In this document: positions 1 through 9,363 of the stretch, piece after piece
Position numbering within the stretch: the first letter of the stretch is position 1
How the letters are laid out: each line of letters begins with the position of its first letter
Source: an uncultured Oscillospiraceae bacterium
Lineage (GTDB): Bacteria; Bacillota; Clostridia; Oscillospirales; Oscillospiraceae
Direction: 5' to 3'
DNA: 64,000 nt
Assembly: GCA_910584045.1 (NCBI GenBank)
Contig: CAJTYO010000008.1
Span: 1,838-65,837, forward strand
Program-made: the position numbers and the translations under genes
The notes under the pieces: generated by a model
What the model was told of the DNA's origin: nothing
Database searches by the model: none
What the model saw: only the letters and a program-made list of their open reading frames with translations

Positions 1-558
1 ATTTCCCACTTTTGAGCAGCCGGAGGCCGTCACCATATCCATCTGCAGAAGGGCGGTGAAGGCCATGATCATAAATGTCCCCGTCCCCGGACCTACCATG
101 CCATCGTAGCAGCCGATCACCAACCCAATACCCAGGCTGACCCCCATCTCATAGGGCCGGGGGTACCGCTTCTCCCCTGTCTCCTGGCCGAAGTCCTTCT
201 TTATCATCAGAAATACAGCCACCACCGGCAGGGCCACCAGCATCAGTCCCTTCAGCAGCCCTTCGCTGAGGAGTTTGGCAATCTCCGCGCCTATGTAGCC
301 CCCCGCCAGGGCACCCAGGGCCGCGCAAAGCGCGGCGTGAAGCCGGATCTTGCCGCTGCGGAAGAATTTCACAGATGCAGTGGCGGAGCCGCAGCCGTTG
401 ACGACCTTGTTGGTCCCCGCCGCGAAATGGACGGGCACTCCCGCCATCATATAGGCCGGCAGGGTGATAAGCCCCCCTCCCCCGGCCACACTGTCCACAA
501 AGCCCCCGAGGAACACAAGTGGACAGACGATCAGAAGCATTTTCAGCAGCTCCGTCAT
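1..558 (-). CDS. TSUP (TauE/SafE, DUF81) family membrane transporter, 3' end runs off the window
   Basis: Absent from the ORF track because it is open at the window edge. Reverse translation from the ATG at 558-556 gives MTELLKMLLIVCPLVFLGGFVDSVAGGGGLITLPAYMMAGVPVHFAAGTNKVV..., a Gly-rich polytopic pattern typical of TauE/SafE permeases. Confidence 0.7.
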   Translation of the reverse strand, partial: MTELLKMLLIVCPLVFLGGFVDSVAGGGGLITLPAYMMAGVPVHFAAGTNKVVNGCGSATASVKFFRSGKIRLHAALCAALGALAGGYIGAEIAKLLSEGLLKGLMLVALPVVAVFLMIKKDFGQETGEKRYPRPYEMGVSLGIGLVIGCYDGMVGPGTGTFMIMAFTALLQMDMVTASGCSKVGN

Positions 559-666
559 GATAAATTTCCCCCTTTTTACATCTTCCTCCATTTTACCATA
601 GATGTGGAAAAAACGCCACCTCTTTTTAACTTGGTTACGCATAGCTGCATTGCCCCTAAGACAGAC

Positions 667-737
667 TTGTTCGTTTATGAACAATATGTAAATTGTGGAA
701 ACCGAGCCTTGACATATGACAACCTGTCATGTATGAT
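667..737 (+). promoter_or_regulatory. Sigma-A type promoter with two inverted repeats (candidate TetR operators)
   Basis: TTGACA (709-714), 17 nt spacer, TATGAT (732-737). IR ATGACA-acc-TGTCAT (716-730) lies inside the spacer. Second IR TTGTTC-n6-GAACAA at 667-684. Confidence 0.45.
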
Positions 738-767
738 AGGCGGCAGTTTAAAGAAAGGAAGCGCAAC

Positions 768-1382
768 ATGCCGACAAGCACATTCTTCAATCTGCCCCCT
801 CCCAAACGCGAGAAACTTCTCTGCGCCGCTATCACAGAGTTCGCCCGGCGGCCCTATGGGGAGGTATCCATCAATCGGATCATCCAGGGGGCAGAGATTC
901 CCAGGGGCAGCTTTTATCAGTACTTTGCAGACAAGACAGATCTTTTCCGCTATGTGCTGCGAGGCTATGATACGATGCTGGAGGAAGCCATCCTGCGGAG
1001 CCTGGACCGGTGCGGCAAGAGGCCTCTGGAGCTGCCGCTGGCACTGTACGACCTAGTGCTGGCCTACATCCAAGAAAATTGGGCTCAGTTCGAGCTGTTC
1101 ATGGGTATCCTGCAAAAGAACATGGGTATGGACGCCAGACAGCTGCTGTCCCTGCCGGAGATCGTTATGAAGGTCATGGAGCAGGCGGACTGGCGGGGAC
1201 TGGAGCACCTGACAGAGGAAGAGCGGCTGGGCCTGATGGATCTGTTGTTCTCCACCACTGGGCACGCGCTCATGCCTGTCTTCTGTGAAAAGCTGTCCAG
1301 TGAGGAGAGCCGCCGGAGATTAGCGATCAAGACCGCCCTTATCGAACGAGGCGCAAAAAGCAAGGAGGAACCTTTATGCTGA
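768..1382 (+). CDS. TetR/AcrR family transcriptional regulator
   Basis: N-terminal HTH pattern KREKLLCAAITEFARRPYGEVSINRIIQGAEIPRGSFYQYFADKTDLF. Start moved to the ATG at 768, which follows an AAGGAAG RBS. The stop overlaps the downstream ABC gene. Confidence 0.85.
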   Translation: MPTSTFFNLPPPKREKLLCAAITEFARRPYGEVSINRIIQGAEIPRGSFYQYFADKTDLFRYVLRGYDTMLEEAILRSLDRCGKRPLELPLALYDLVLAYIQENWAQFELFMGILQKNMGMDARQLLSLPEIVMKVMEQADWRGLEHLTEEERLGLMDLLFSTTGHALMPVFCEKLSSEESRRRLAIKTALIERGAKSKEEPLC

Positions 1383-4363
1383 AATTAGACAACATTGTCA
1401 AGGTATACGAGACTGGCGGCGAAAACGTCACCGCCCTGCGCGGAGTGAGCCTCAGCTTCCGGGAGAACGAGTTTGTGGCTATCCTGGGGCATTCCGGCTG
1501 CGGCAAAACCACCCTTTTGAACATCGTGGGCGGGCTGGACCAGTACACCAGCGGCGACCTCATCATCAATGGACGCTCCACCAGAGAATTCAAGGACGGG
1601 GACTGGGACGCCTACCGAAATCACTCTATCGGTTTTGTGTTCCAGAGCTACAACCTCATCCCCCACCAGAGCGTATTGTCCAACGTGGAGCTGGCCCTGA
1701 CCCTGTCCGGGGTCAGCAAAGGCGAGCGCCGCCGCCGGGCCGCTGAGGCCCTAGGGAAGGTGGGGCTCGCAGACCAGATGAAAAAACGCCCCAACCAGCT
1801 CTCCGGCGGCCAGATGCAGCGGGTGGCAATCGCCCGGGCCCTGGTGAACGACCCGGACATTCTGCTGGCCGACGAGCCAACCGGGGCCCTGGACAGCGAG
1901 ACCAGCGTGCAGGTTATGGACCTGCTGGCGCAGATCGCCAAAGAGAAGCTGGTCATCATGGTCACCCACAACCCCGAGCTGGCCCAGCGGTACGCCAATC
2001 GCACCATCCGCCTGCTGGACGGTCGGGTGATAGATGACTCCGCCCCCTTCGACGGCGGAGAGGAAAAACCCGCCCATATGGAAAAGCGGCAGAAAAAGCC
2101 CTCCATGAGTTTCTTCACCGCCTTCTCCCTGTCCCTCAATAACCTGATGACCAAGAAGGGACGGACAATCCTGACCAGCTTTGCCGGGTCCATCGGCATT
2201 ATAGGCATCGCACTGATCCTTTCCCTGTCCTCCGGCATTAACCGCTATATTAATCAGGTGCAGGAGGAGACCCTCTCCAGCTACCCTATCACGATTCAAG
2301 CGGAGAGCACGGATATGACGGACCTTCTCTCCTCCCTCATGGGCGCCCACCGGGGAGACAGCGGCGAAGATCACGACCGCGAGCGAGTCTACTCCTCCAC
2401 TGTTATGTACGATATGCTCAACTCCATGGTGGAGGCTGAAGTCCAAACCAACAATCTCAGGGACTTCAAGAAATATCTGGATCAGGGCGGCGGCGGAATC
2501 GATCAGCTGGCCACTATTCAATACAGCTACGACTTCGGTTTTGACATCTATACCCAGGACGAGGACGGAAAAATTGTTAAGAGCGACGTTATGACCCTGC
2601 TGCAGGACGCCATGAGCTCTATGTATGGCGGGGACTATTCCTCCTATTTTGCCACAATGGGCGGAATGTATGAGCGGATGGACGTGTGGGAGGAGCTGCT
2701 GCCCGGGGAGGACAGTCAGGTTGTGGGACAGCAGGTAAAGAGCCAGTACGACCTACTCTACGGCAAGTGGCCGGAGCACTATGACGAGGTAATCCTCTTT
2801 GTGGATCGGAACAATGAGATCTCCGATTTGATGCTCTACGCCTTGGGTCTTATGTCCGCAGACCACATGACAGACAGTCTAAACGCCGCCATGGACGGTG
2901 AATCCCTGAAGGCCGAGGAGCGCAGCTGGAGCTATGAAGAGCTGTGCAAAATGGACTTCAAGCTGCTGCTTCCGGCGGAGAAGTACCAGTATGAGGCCGC
3001 TTCGGAAACCTGGGTAGATATGTCCGCCACGGACACAGGTATGGACTTCCTCTACAACAGCGATGACACCGGAACCCGGCTGCGCGTGGTGGGCGTGGCC
3101 CGGCCCGGCGAGGATTCCACCGCCGGCATGGTCACCGGGGCCATCGGGTACACCGGGGCCCTCACCGCCTACGCCATCGAGGCCACGGCGGAGATGGAGA
3201 TTGTGAAAAAGCAGATGGCGGACGAGGAGACCGACGTGATCTGCGGCCTGCCCTTCCCCAGTGAGGACGACGTTGAGCCCCTGGAATGGGAGAAGGAGGA
3301 GGCCATCCGGGAGCACCTGCTGACCCTCTCTGACACAGAGAAGGCCGGGGCCTACATGGACGTGATGGGCCAGCCCTCCGATGAATATGTGGAGACCGTG
3401 GTGGACCAGCAGACGGAGGGCATGACCCGGGAGAGCATCGAGCAGATGATCATCCAGCAGTACGCCGGGGAGATGGGCGTGGACGGGGAGACCGTGGCCG
3501 GCTATATCGCCGAGATGAGCGATGAGGAACTGTTTTCCAAGGTTGAAGAGTCTGTCGCCCAGCAGGTGCGGGAGCAGTACGCCCAGGGCGTTCAGGCACA
3601 GCTGGGGGCGCTGAGCCAGGAGCAACTGGCGGTGATGCTGGCGGTCTCCATGGGGAACGACTATATGTCGGTCCGGGCCGAGCCCCTGGAGGCCTGGCAA
3701 TACAGCTACCTCTATGACCACTACATGCCCCCCACCCGGTCCGGCTCCACCTATGAGGACAACCTGGAGCTGCTGGGGTATGTGGATCTGGAGAGCCCCT
3801 CCGCCATCAACATCTACGCCTCCACCTTCGCTGAGAAGGACCTGATCGCGGATAAGATCGCGGATTACAACGCCTCCTGTGCCGACAGCGAGGACGAGAT
3901 CAACTACACCGACTACGTGGCTCTGCTTATGAGCTCCGTTACAGACATCATCAGCGGCATCAGCTACCTGCTCATCGCCTTCGTGTCCATCTCCCTGGTG
4001 GTCAGCTCCATTATGATTGGCATCATCACCTATATCTCCGTGCTGGAGCGGACCAAAGAAATCGGCATTCTCCGGGCCGTGGGCGCCAGCAAGCGGGACG
4101 TGAGCCGGGTGTTCAACGCGGAGACCCTGATTGTAGGCCTCGGCGCGGGATTGATTGGCATCGGCGTGACGCTGCTGCTGATCATACCCATCAACGCGCT
4201 GCTGCTCCACTTCACCGGCATCACTGGACTGAAAGCCGCGCTGCCGGTCCAGGGTGCGGCGGCTCTAGTGATCATCAGTGCCCTGCTGACCATCATTGCC
4301 GGCCTGATTCCCTCCCGGGTGGCCGCCAAAAAGGACCCGGTGGTGGCCCTAAGAACGGAGTAG
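1376..4363 (+). CDS. Fused ABC transporter ATP-binding protein/permease (MacB/FtsX type) with a very large extracytoplasmic domain
   Basis: Walker A GHSGCGKTT, signature LSGGQMQR and Walker B ILLADEPTG, then TM1. A roughly 570 aa acidic domain follows, then a C-terminal FtsX-like 3-TM bundle (EIGILRAVGASKRDV). Confidence 0.9.
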   Translation: MLKLDNIVKVYETGGENVTALRGVSLSFRENEFVAILGHSGCGKTTLLNIVGGLDQYTSGDLIINGRSTREFKDGDWDAYRNHSIGFVFQSYNLIPHQSVLSNVELALTLSGVSKGERRRRAAEALGKVGLADQMKKRPNQLSGGQMQRVAIARALVNDPDILLADEPTGALDSETSVQVMDLLAQIAKEKLVIMVTHNPELAQRYANRTIRLLDGRVIDDSAPFDGGEEKPAHMEKRQKKPSMSFFTAFSLSLNNLMTKKGRTILTSFAGSIGIIGIALILSLSSGINRYINQVQEETLSSYPITIQAESTDMTDLLSSLMGAHRGDSGEDHDRERVYSSTVMYDMLNSMVEAEVQTNNLRDFKKYLDQGGGGIDQLATIQYSYDFGFDIYTQDEDGKIVKSDVMTLLQDAMSSMYGGDYSSYFATMGGMYERMDVWEELLPGEDSQVVGQQVKSQYDLLYGKWPEHYDEVILFVDRNNEISDLMLYALGLMSADHMTDSLNAAMDGESLKAEERSWSYEELCKMDFKLLLPAEKYQYEAASETWVDMSATDTGMDFLYNSDDTGTRLRVVGVARPGEDSTAGMVTGAIGYTGALTAYAIEATAEMEIVKKQMADEETDVICGLPFPSEDDVEPLEWEKEEAIREHLLTLSDTEKAGAYMDVMGQPSDEYVETVVDQQTEGMTRESIEQMIIQQYAGEMGVDGETVAGYIAEMSDEELFSKVEESVAQQVREQYAQGVQAQLGALSQEQLAVMLAVSMGNDYMSVRAEPLEAWQYSYLYDHYMPPTRSGSTYEDNLELLGYVDLESPSAINIYASTFAEKDLIADKIADYNASCADSEDEINYTDYVALLMSSVTDIISGISYLLIAFVSISLVVSSIMIGIITYISVLERTKEIGILRAVGASKRDVSRVFNAETLIVGLGAGLIGIGVTLLLIIPINALLLHFTGITGLKAALPVQGAAALVIISALLTIIAGLIPSRVAAKKDPVVALRTE

Positions 4364-4461
4364 GCGCCCGTATACTACGGAGAAGCGTCCCGTCTATTAT
4401 ACAGGACGCTTCTCCGCAGAAAAAGAGGCGTGCACAATAACATCTTGTGGAGGAAATGACT

Positions 4462-4827
4462 ATGTTAAGACCAAAGGAAGTCGTATGCAGGTGGATAGAC
4501 GCCTTTAACGAGCACGACACGGACTCGATTGTAAGCTTGTACCATGACCACGCTGTCAATCACCAAGTTGCAAACGAACCGGCTGTTGGGATTGAGGCAA
4601 TTCGAAACATGTTTGCATCTGAATTTGCCGCAGCGGACATGACGGCTATTGTGGAAAATATTTTTGAAGATGGGCAGTGGGCGATTTTGGAGTGGAGAGA
4701 TCCTATGGGCCTGCGCGGCTGCGGCTTTTTTCAGGTTGTTAACGGGAAAATTCTCTTCCAGAGAGGATATTGGGACAAACTCTCATTCTTAAAGCAGCAC
4801 AATCTTCCCTTTGATCAGGTAAAATAA
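4462..4827 (+). CDS. SnoaL-like / NTF2-fold small protein
   Basis: About 120 aa. VVCRWIDAFNEHDTDSIVSLYHDHAVNH ... WAILEW ... G.GFFQVVNGKILFQRGYWD is the typical SnoaL_2 layout. GGAGGA RBS 7 nt before the ATG at 4462. Visibly lower GC than the flanks. Confidence 0.7.
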   Translation: MLRPKEVVCRWIDAFNEHDTDSIVSLYHDHAVNHQVANEPAVGIEAIRNMFASEFAAADMTAIVENIFEDGQWAILEWRDPMGLRGCGFFQVVNGKILFQRGYWDKLSFLKQHNLPFDQVK

Positions 4828-4860
4828 ATCACTTCACATCAATCCAACGTGTCAGACATA

Positions 4861-5100
4861 AAACGCTATGAATTACTAAAAGAATGGTGGAGACAAGTAA
4901 ATGCGCCGCTGCCGCGAGAAAGGGCAAGAAAACGAGGCCAGCCTCGGAAAAAAGACCCCAATATGCTCAATTGAATGCTCTGGATCACCCACTGCGGGGC
5001 TCAGTGGTGGGAATTACCGAAGACGTATGGTCTCTGGGTTAGCCAATATCAAAAAACAACCGCATGGTACGAAAGCACCATGCGGTTGTTTTCCTGGTAA
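4861..5100 (+). pseudogene. Remnant of an IS5-family (DUF4096 N-terminal HTH) transposase: in-frame stop, DDE domain absent
   Basis: Frame starting at 4861 reads KRYELLKEWWRQVNAPLPREKGKKTRPASEKKDPNMLN*MLWITHCGAQWWELPKTYGLWVSQYQKTTAWYES. It matches the W..I.PLLP...GRPR.D.R..LNGILWVLRTG..WRDLP..YG.W.TVY.RF.RW pattern of IS5/IS1182-like transposase N-termini. TGA at 4972. No catalytic domain follows. Confidence 0.55.
5051..5092. terminator. Bidirectional intrinsic terminator (serves rpmF on the minus strand)
   Basis: Perfect 12-bp stem caaccgcatggt (5057-5068) / accatgcggttg (5077-5088) with an 8-nt loop. Flanked by A6 and T4. Confidence 0.8.
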
Positions 5101-5146
5101 AGAAAGCTTCTTTATCGAGTACGGCCTTTGACGGGACCGTCTTTTA

Positions 5147-5335
5147 TTACTCCTCTACAGCGGCGCTCTTGACCTGACGGCCATTATAAGTACCGCACTC
5201 GGGGCACATTCTATGGGGCAGGCGCATCGCACCGCACTTGGGGCAGGGCGTAAGACCGGGCGCCTTCAGCTTCCACACGGAAGAACGGCGCTTGTCGCGT
5301 CTTGCTTTGGATACTTTACCCTTGGGGACTGCCAT
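5147..5335 (-). CDS. rpmF: 50S ribosomal protein L32
   Basis: MAVPKGKVSKARRDKRRS...CPKCG....HR.CPECG is the canonical L32 with a zinc ribbon. Confidence 0.95.
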   Translation of the reverse strand: MAVPKGKVSKARRDKRRSSVWKLKAPGLTPCPKCGAMRLPHRMCPECGTYNGRQVKSAAVEE

Positions 5336-5362
5336 GATGACACCTCCTGTATATCTGAATTT

Positions 5363-5872
5363 TTATCGTTTATTCTTGTCCTTCTCCAGAAGCTGGGCCA
5401 GCACCGCCAATCGGGGGTCCACCTGCTTTTGACAGGTACAGCTCCCTTGGTTGAGATCGACGCCGCAGCCGGGGCAGATACCCCTACAGTCCTCCGAACA
5501 AAGGGTCTTTGTGTCCATTTCAAGAATGAACGCCGTCCGGGCCAACTCGCCCACATCAACGCATCCGTCCTTCAGAACGATAATTTCGTCGTTGTCCTCA
5601 CTCTCCACCCGCTCCGCCAAAGCGTACTCACACTGGACGGACAGGGGATTGTCAAAAGACTTGAGACAGCGGTCACAGACAGACTTGAGGGTAGAGCCAG
5701 CCGTGAATGCCAGCAGCAGCATCCCCGCCGTATTCCGCACATCTCCGGTTACCACCACCGGATTCTGGGCAGGATACAGGCCGCCGAAGTCCACATCGGA
5801 AAGATCCAGCGCAAACTGGAAGTCCATCCGCTCTCCGGGGGCGTTGATGATCCTCTGTACATTTAAAAGCAT
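5363..5872 (-). CDS. YceD/DUF177 family protein
   Basis: 169 aa immediately upstream of rpmF (conserved yceD-rpmF arrangement). C-terminal Cys cluster CSEDCRGICPGCGVDLNQGSCTC. Confidence 0.85.
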   Translation of the reverse strand: MLLNVQRIINAPGERMDFQFALDLSDVDFGGLYPAQNPVVVTGDVRNTAGMLLLAFTAGSTLKSVCDRCLKSFDNPLSVQCEYALAERVESEDNDEIIVLKDGCVDVGELARTAFILEMDTKTLCSEDCRGICPGCGVDLNQGSCTCQKQVDPRLAVLAQLLEKDKNKR

Positions 5873-5899
5873 AGCACACCTCGCAAAGACACGAGTAAT

Positions 5900-5928
5900 A
5901 TTATAGTAGACAAAAGCCGGAATGTCAA
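5900..5928 (-). promoter_or_regulatory. Consensus sigma-A promoter for yceD-rpmF
   Basis: The minus strand reads TTGACA (5928-5923), 17 nt spacer, TATAAT (5905-5900). It lies about 28 nt upstream of the yceD start. Confidence 0.7.
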
Positions 5929-5966
5929 ATACTTTTTTCCCTTTTTCCGGAAATTTTTTAATTTTC

Positions 5967-6425
5967 TCAGTAGGCCAACCGCTCCGCCGTCCATTCCCGG
6001 ATCACCTCGCTGTAAAAGGCGCACTGTTCCCTGGCCAGAGATATCTCCAGATTGATATAATTCCCGCACTCCACCGGACTCTTACCGGGCATATCCCCCT
6101 CAAAAGCCGCCCCCGCGTCAAAGGTCTCCTTGAGGAGCTCTACAGCCTCTGCCTCGGCGAGCTTTCTTCCGTCGTAGAGGAAATAGAACCCGGTCTGACA
6201 GCCCATGGGGCCGAAATATATCACCGCATCCTTTGCTCGCCCGTTGCGCAGCAGCGTGGCGATGATGTGCTCCACAGAGTGCATCTCCGCATTGGTCAAC
6301 AGATCGCCGGTATTGGGTTTTTTGAAACGGAGATCGAAGGTGACCACCTCCCCATCCCGACGGGAGAGATACATGCCGGGCACCAGTTTGTTGTGGTCCA
6401 CTTGAAAACTGGCAATACGCTCCAT
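5967..6425 (-). CDS. luxS: S-ribosylhomocysteine lyase
   Basis: FQVDHNKLVPGMY, metal motif HSVEH, GPMGCQTGFY. About 152 aa, the typical LuxS length. Confidence 0.95.
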   Translation of the reverse strand: MERIASFQVDHNKLVPGMYLSRRDGEVVTFDLRFKKPNTGDLLTNAEMHSVEHIIATLLRNGRAKDAVIYFGPMGCQTGFYFLYDGRKLAEAEAVELLKETFDAGAAFEGDMPGKSPVECGNYINLEISLAREQCAFYSEVIREWTAERLAY

Positions 6426-6475
6426 AGGGGTTTCCTCCTGGTCAGTTTGGATTTTTCGTGCAAATGAAATCGGCC

Positions 6476-8014
6476 TTATTTGGCCTTGCCGCGGCTCCGG
6501 TTCCGACCGCCGCTCCGCCGTCCGTCGGCAAAGGCCGCCAAGCGGCCCATCCGGGGCGGATCAGAGGAAATTCTGCGCAGAACCGGCTTGGGCGGCTGAG
6601 GCGGATATGCTGCCTTGGGGTGCTCAATCCGCAGCAGCATAGGCTCGTCGTCCTTTGCCGCCGGTCCGGCGGGTCTGGCCGGCAAAAGGCCGCCTCCCCT
6701 GGGAGCGGGCGGGATAGGCCTGGCAGCCTTCAAAGCAGGCTTTTGCGGTGCAGCCGGTTTGGGCGGCTTAGGCGCAGCCGCCTTGGGCAGGACCGGCGGT
6801 ATAGGCGGCTTGGGCGCAGGCTGTTGCCGCTGGGCCCGGGGCGGCCTGGGCTCCCGCTGCTTTTTGGGTGTCAACTCAAAAACCGTCATGGGCCAGGGGT
6901 GGTCCTCCACCACCGGGACCTTCTTCTTGATAAGCTTTTCAATATCCTTCAGATACGCCAGCTCATCCACGTTGCAGAAACTGATGGCCACGCCGCCCCG
7001 TCCGGCCCGGCCCGTGCGGCCGATGCGGTGGACGTAGGTCTCCGGCACATTGGGCAGCTCATAATTCACCACCGCCGCCAGCTCGCTGACATCGATGCCC
7101 CGAGCGGCAATATCAGTGGCCACTAGGACTCGGATGGAGCCGCTCTTAAAACTGTCCAGAGCCTTGATGCGGGCGGTCTGCCCCTTGTTGCCATGGATGG
7201 CCATGGCGGCGATACCGGCGCGGCCCAGCTCCTTCACCACCCGGTCCGCGCCATGCTTGGTGTTGGTAAAGACCAGGACGCTGTCCAGACGCTCGTCCTT
7301 CAGGATGTGCTGAAGAAGCAACTTCTTATTCCCCTTGTCTACCTTATAAAGCCGCTGCTCGATCGCATCTACCGTGGAGGACTGGGGCGTTACCTCCACA
7401 CGAACAGGGTCTTTCAGAATTGTCCGGGACAGGTCTGCGATCTCTTGGGGCATGGTGGCGGAAAACAGCAGCGTCTGCCGCTTCTCCGGCAGACGGGCGA
7501 TGACCTTCCGCACATCGTGGATGAATCCCATGTCCAGCATCCGGTCCGCCTCGTCCAGAATAAAGGTCTCAATACCGGACAGATCAATGTGGCCCTGATT
7601 ACACAGATCATTGAGTCGTCCGGGCGTGGCCACCAGAATGTCCACGCCCTTATCCAGTGCCTCCACCTGGGGCGCCTGGCCCACACCGCCAAAAATGACG
7701 GTATGGCGAAGCTCCAGATACTTGCCGTACTGATCAAAGCTATCCTTGATCTGTAACGCCAACTCTCTTGTCGGCGTCAGCACCAGGGCACGGATCGGCG
7801 TATGCCGCCTGCTCACATGGCCGTGGAGCCGCTGGAGAACGGGGATGGCGAAGGCCGCAGTCTTGCCGGTGCCGGTCTGTGCGCAGCCGACGAGGTCCCT
7901 ACCATTCAGCACCGGCGGGATGGCCTGGGCCTGGATAGGAGATGGCTGCACATACCCCAGCTCATCCACCGCCTTGAGCAGCTGGGGCAGTAAGTTCAGT
8001 TGTTGAAATGTCAT
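6476..8014 (-). CDS. DEAD-box ATP-dependent RNA helicase with a Pro/Lys-rich and RGG C-terminal tail
   Basis: Q motif, [18 protein letters not shown] ([13 protein letters not shown]), [13 protein letters not shown]. The last roughly 130 aa are low complexity. Confidence 0.95.
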   Translation of the reverse strand: MTFQQLNLLPQLLKAVDELGYVQPSPIQAQAIPPVLNGRDLVGCAQTGTGKTAAFAIPVLQRLHGHVSRRHTPIRALVLTPTRELALQIKDSFDQYGKYLELRHTVIFGGVGQAPQVEALDKGVDILVATPGRLNDLCNQGHIDLSGIETFILDEADRMLDMGFIHDVRKVIARLPEKRQTLLFSATMPQEIADLSRTILKDPVRVEVTPQSSTVDAIEQRLYKVDKGNKKLLLQHILKDERLDSVLVFTNTKHGADRVVKELGRAGIAAMAIHGNKGQTARIKALDSFKSGSIRVLVATDIAARGIDVSELAAVVNYELPNVPETYVHRIGRTGRAGRGGVAISFCNVDELAYLKDIEKLIKKKVPVVEDHPWPMTVFELTPKKQREPRPPRAQRQQPAPKPPIPPVLPKAAAPKPPKPAAPQKPALKAARPIPPAPRGGGLLPARPAGPAAKDDEPMLLRIEHPKAAYPPQPPKPVLRRISSDPPRMGRLAAFADGRRSGGRNRSRGKAK

Positions 8015-8199
8015 GTTGTTCCTTTGTTATTTGGATTTGTGCGGATAGCCCGCTTTTTTATTATACACGTTTTTCCCGGAAAAGCAATCCCCTATAAAAA
8101 ACGTTGCCTGCCCGCAACGGGGCGGTCAATGCAGCTATGCAGAATTCAGGATTATATATCAAAGGGACCCCGGTTTTCCCCGGAGCCCCTTGAGAAAGC

Positions 8200-9054
8200 T
8201 CACTCCGCCGCAGGCTCCTCCTCCCGCCGACGGGCAGCGTACTGCCGGGGCGAGACACCTTTGACTTCCTTAAACGCGCGGGAAAAATAAAAGGGGTCCT
8301 CAAAGCCCACGGAGTTGGAAATTTCCTGGATGGAATATCCGGTCTCTTTCAGCAGCGCACAGGCCCGCTGAATGCGGTACTCCAATAGAAAACGCTTGGG
8401 TGAGATTTGAAAACGCTTGACAAAGCGGCGGTACAGGCTGGAATGGCTGACGGATGCATAGGCCGCCAGGCCCTCCACGGTGATGGGCTCCTCATAGTGA
8501 TTGATGATGTACTCCGCCGCCAGTTGGGCACAGTCCAGCGCGGCCCCGCGCTCCTGCTTCTGCCGCCGCGAGGTGCGCGCCAAATAGGACAACAGACTGT
8601 ACAGCCGCGCCGTCATCTCCAATCCCTCCCAGGCAGAGAGACCATAACTGCCATAGACCGCCTCGACCCGTTCGCAAAGCTCCCTGCCGCAGTTCCGCAG
8701 GACAGGTTCCTCCGGCATAAAATCTGTCCGCTCCACGCAGCCCTCCGCCTCCAGCCCGCTAAAGCCCACCCACACATACTCCCATGGGTCCGCCTCGTGG
8801 GCATAGTATCGCACGGATGTGTTCGGATAGACTAAGAACGCGTCCCCTGCGGAGAGCTCATAGCGCATATCCCGGCACTCATACACCCCTCTCCCGCTCA
8901 GCACATGGTGGAGCAGGAAGTGGTCACGCACCCCCGGACCCCAGCCATACCCGGGAGAGCACTGTTGACAGCCCGTATTCTGGACATAGAGTGATGCCGT
9001 CCGGCGTTCCAGCTTCATGGAATGTTTGTAGATATTGCTTGTTGCGTCCTTCAT
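8200..9054 (-). CDS. AraC family transcriptional regulator (cupin N-terminal domain plus HTH_18)
   Basis: C-terminal SLYRRFVKRFQISPKRFLLEYRIQRACALLKETGYSIQEISNSVGFEDPFYFSRAFKEVKGVSPRQY. Confidence 0.85.
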   Translation of the reverse strand: MKDATSNIYKHSMKLERRTASLYVQNTGCQQCSPGYGWGPGVRDHFLLHHVLSGRGVYECRDMRYELSAGDAFLVYPNTSVRYYAHEADPWEYVWVGFSGLEAEGCVERTDFMPEEPVLRNCGRELCERVEAVYGSYGLSAWEGLEMTARLYSLLSYLARTSRRQKQERGAALDCAQLAAEYIINHYEEPITVEGLAAYASVSHSSLYRRFVKRFQISPKRFLLEYRIQRACALLKETGYSIQEISNSVGFEDPFYFSRAFKEVKGVSPRQYAARRREEEPAAE

Positions 9055-9301
9055 TTGACATCCCCCCTCCTCTCAGATTGCCTGCCCGGGCTGACGGGCA
9101 GAGGGAGGCCGTAAGGGGCGCCTCCCGTGCTGATATTATACATGAAACACATCCAGCTTGTCCACCATAGATGTTAATTTTTCAGTAAAAACGCAATAAA
9201 TTGTCTGTTTTCGCCAACATTTTCTCCTCACTTTGTGGAATCTGACGATAAATCCCCTTCCCTCGCCGAAAATGTCAGAAAACTTCCCTCACCTCCCCGC
9301 C

Positions 9302-9341
9302 TTGACTTTATTGTTTTATCATGATATCATACTAAAGTATG
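9302..9341 (+). promoter_or_regulatory. Promoter of the his operon with overlapping palindromes
   Basis: TTGACT (9302-9307), 17 nt spacer, TATCAT (9325-9330). Perfect 10-bp palindrome ATGATATCAT (9321-9330). IR CATACT-aa-AGTATG (9328-9341). Confidence 0.5.
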
Positions 9342-9363
9342 AAAGTGAAGGAGGATACACCCC

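Noticed and set aside
337-1056. 239-aa ORF on the plus strand
   Set aside because: Its 5' half is antisense to the TSUP transporter gene, and its 3' half is out of frame with the TetR gene. No motifs are visible.
2879-4210. 443-aa ORF on the minus strand
   Set aside because: It is antisense to the ABC transporter, whose motifs are unambiguous. The translation is Gly/His/Arg/Pro/Leu-rich with no recognisable motifs. This is a typical high-GC shadow ORF.
4901-5131. 76-aa ORF on the plus strand
   Set aside because: It is in a different frame from the transposase-like remnant, which gives the only recognisable translation here. It also spans the rpmF terminator hairpin.
9055-9363. Possible T-box, leader-peptide attenuator or riboswitch in front of the his operon
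   Set aside because: The best promoter leaves only about 30 nt of leader before the yerC start. I saw no specifier/T-box motif, His-codon run or terminator/antiterminator pair.
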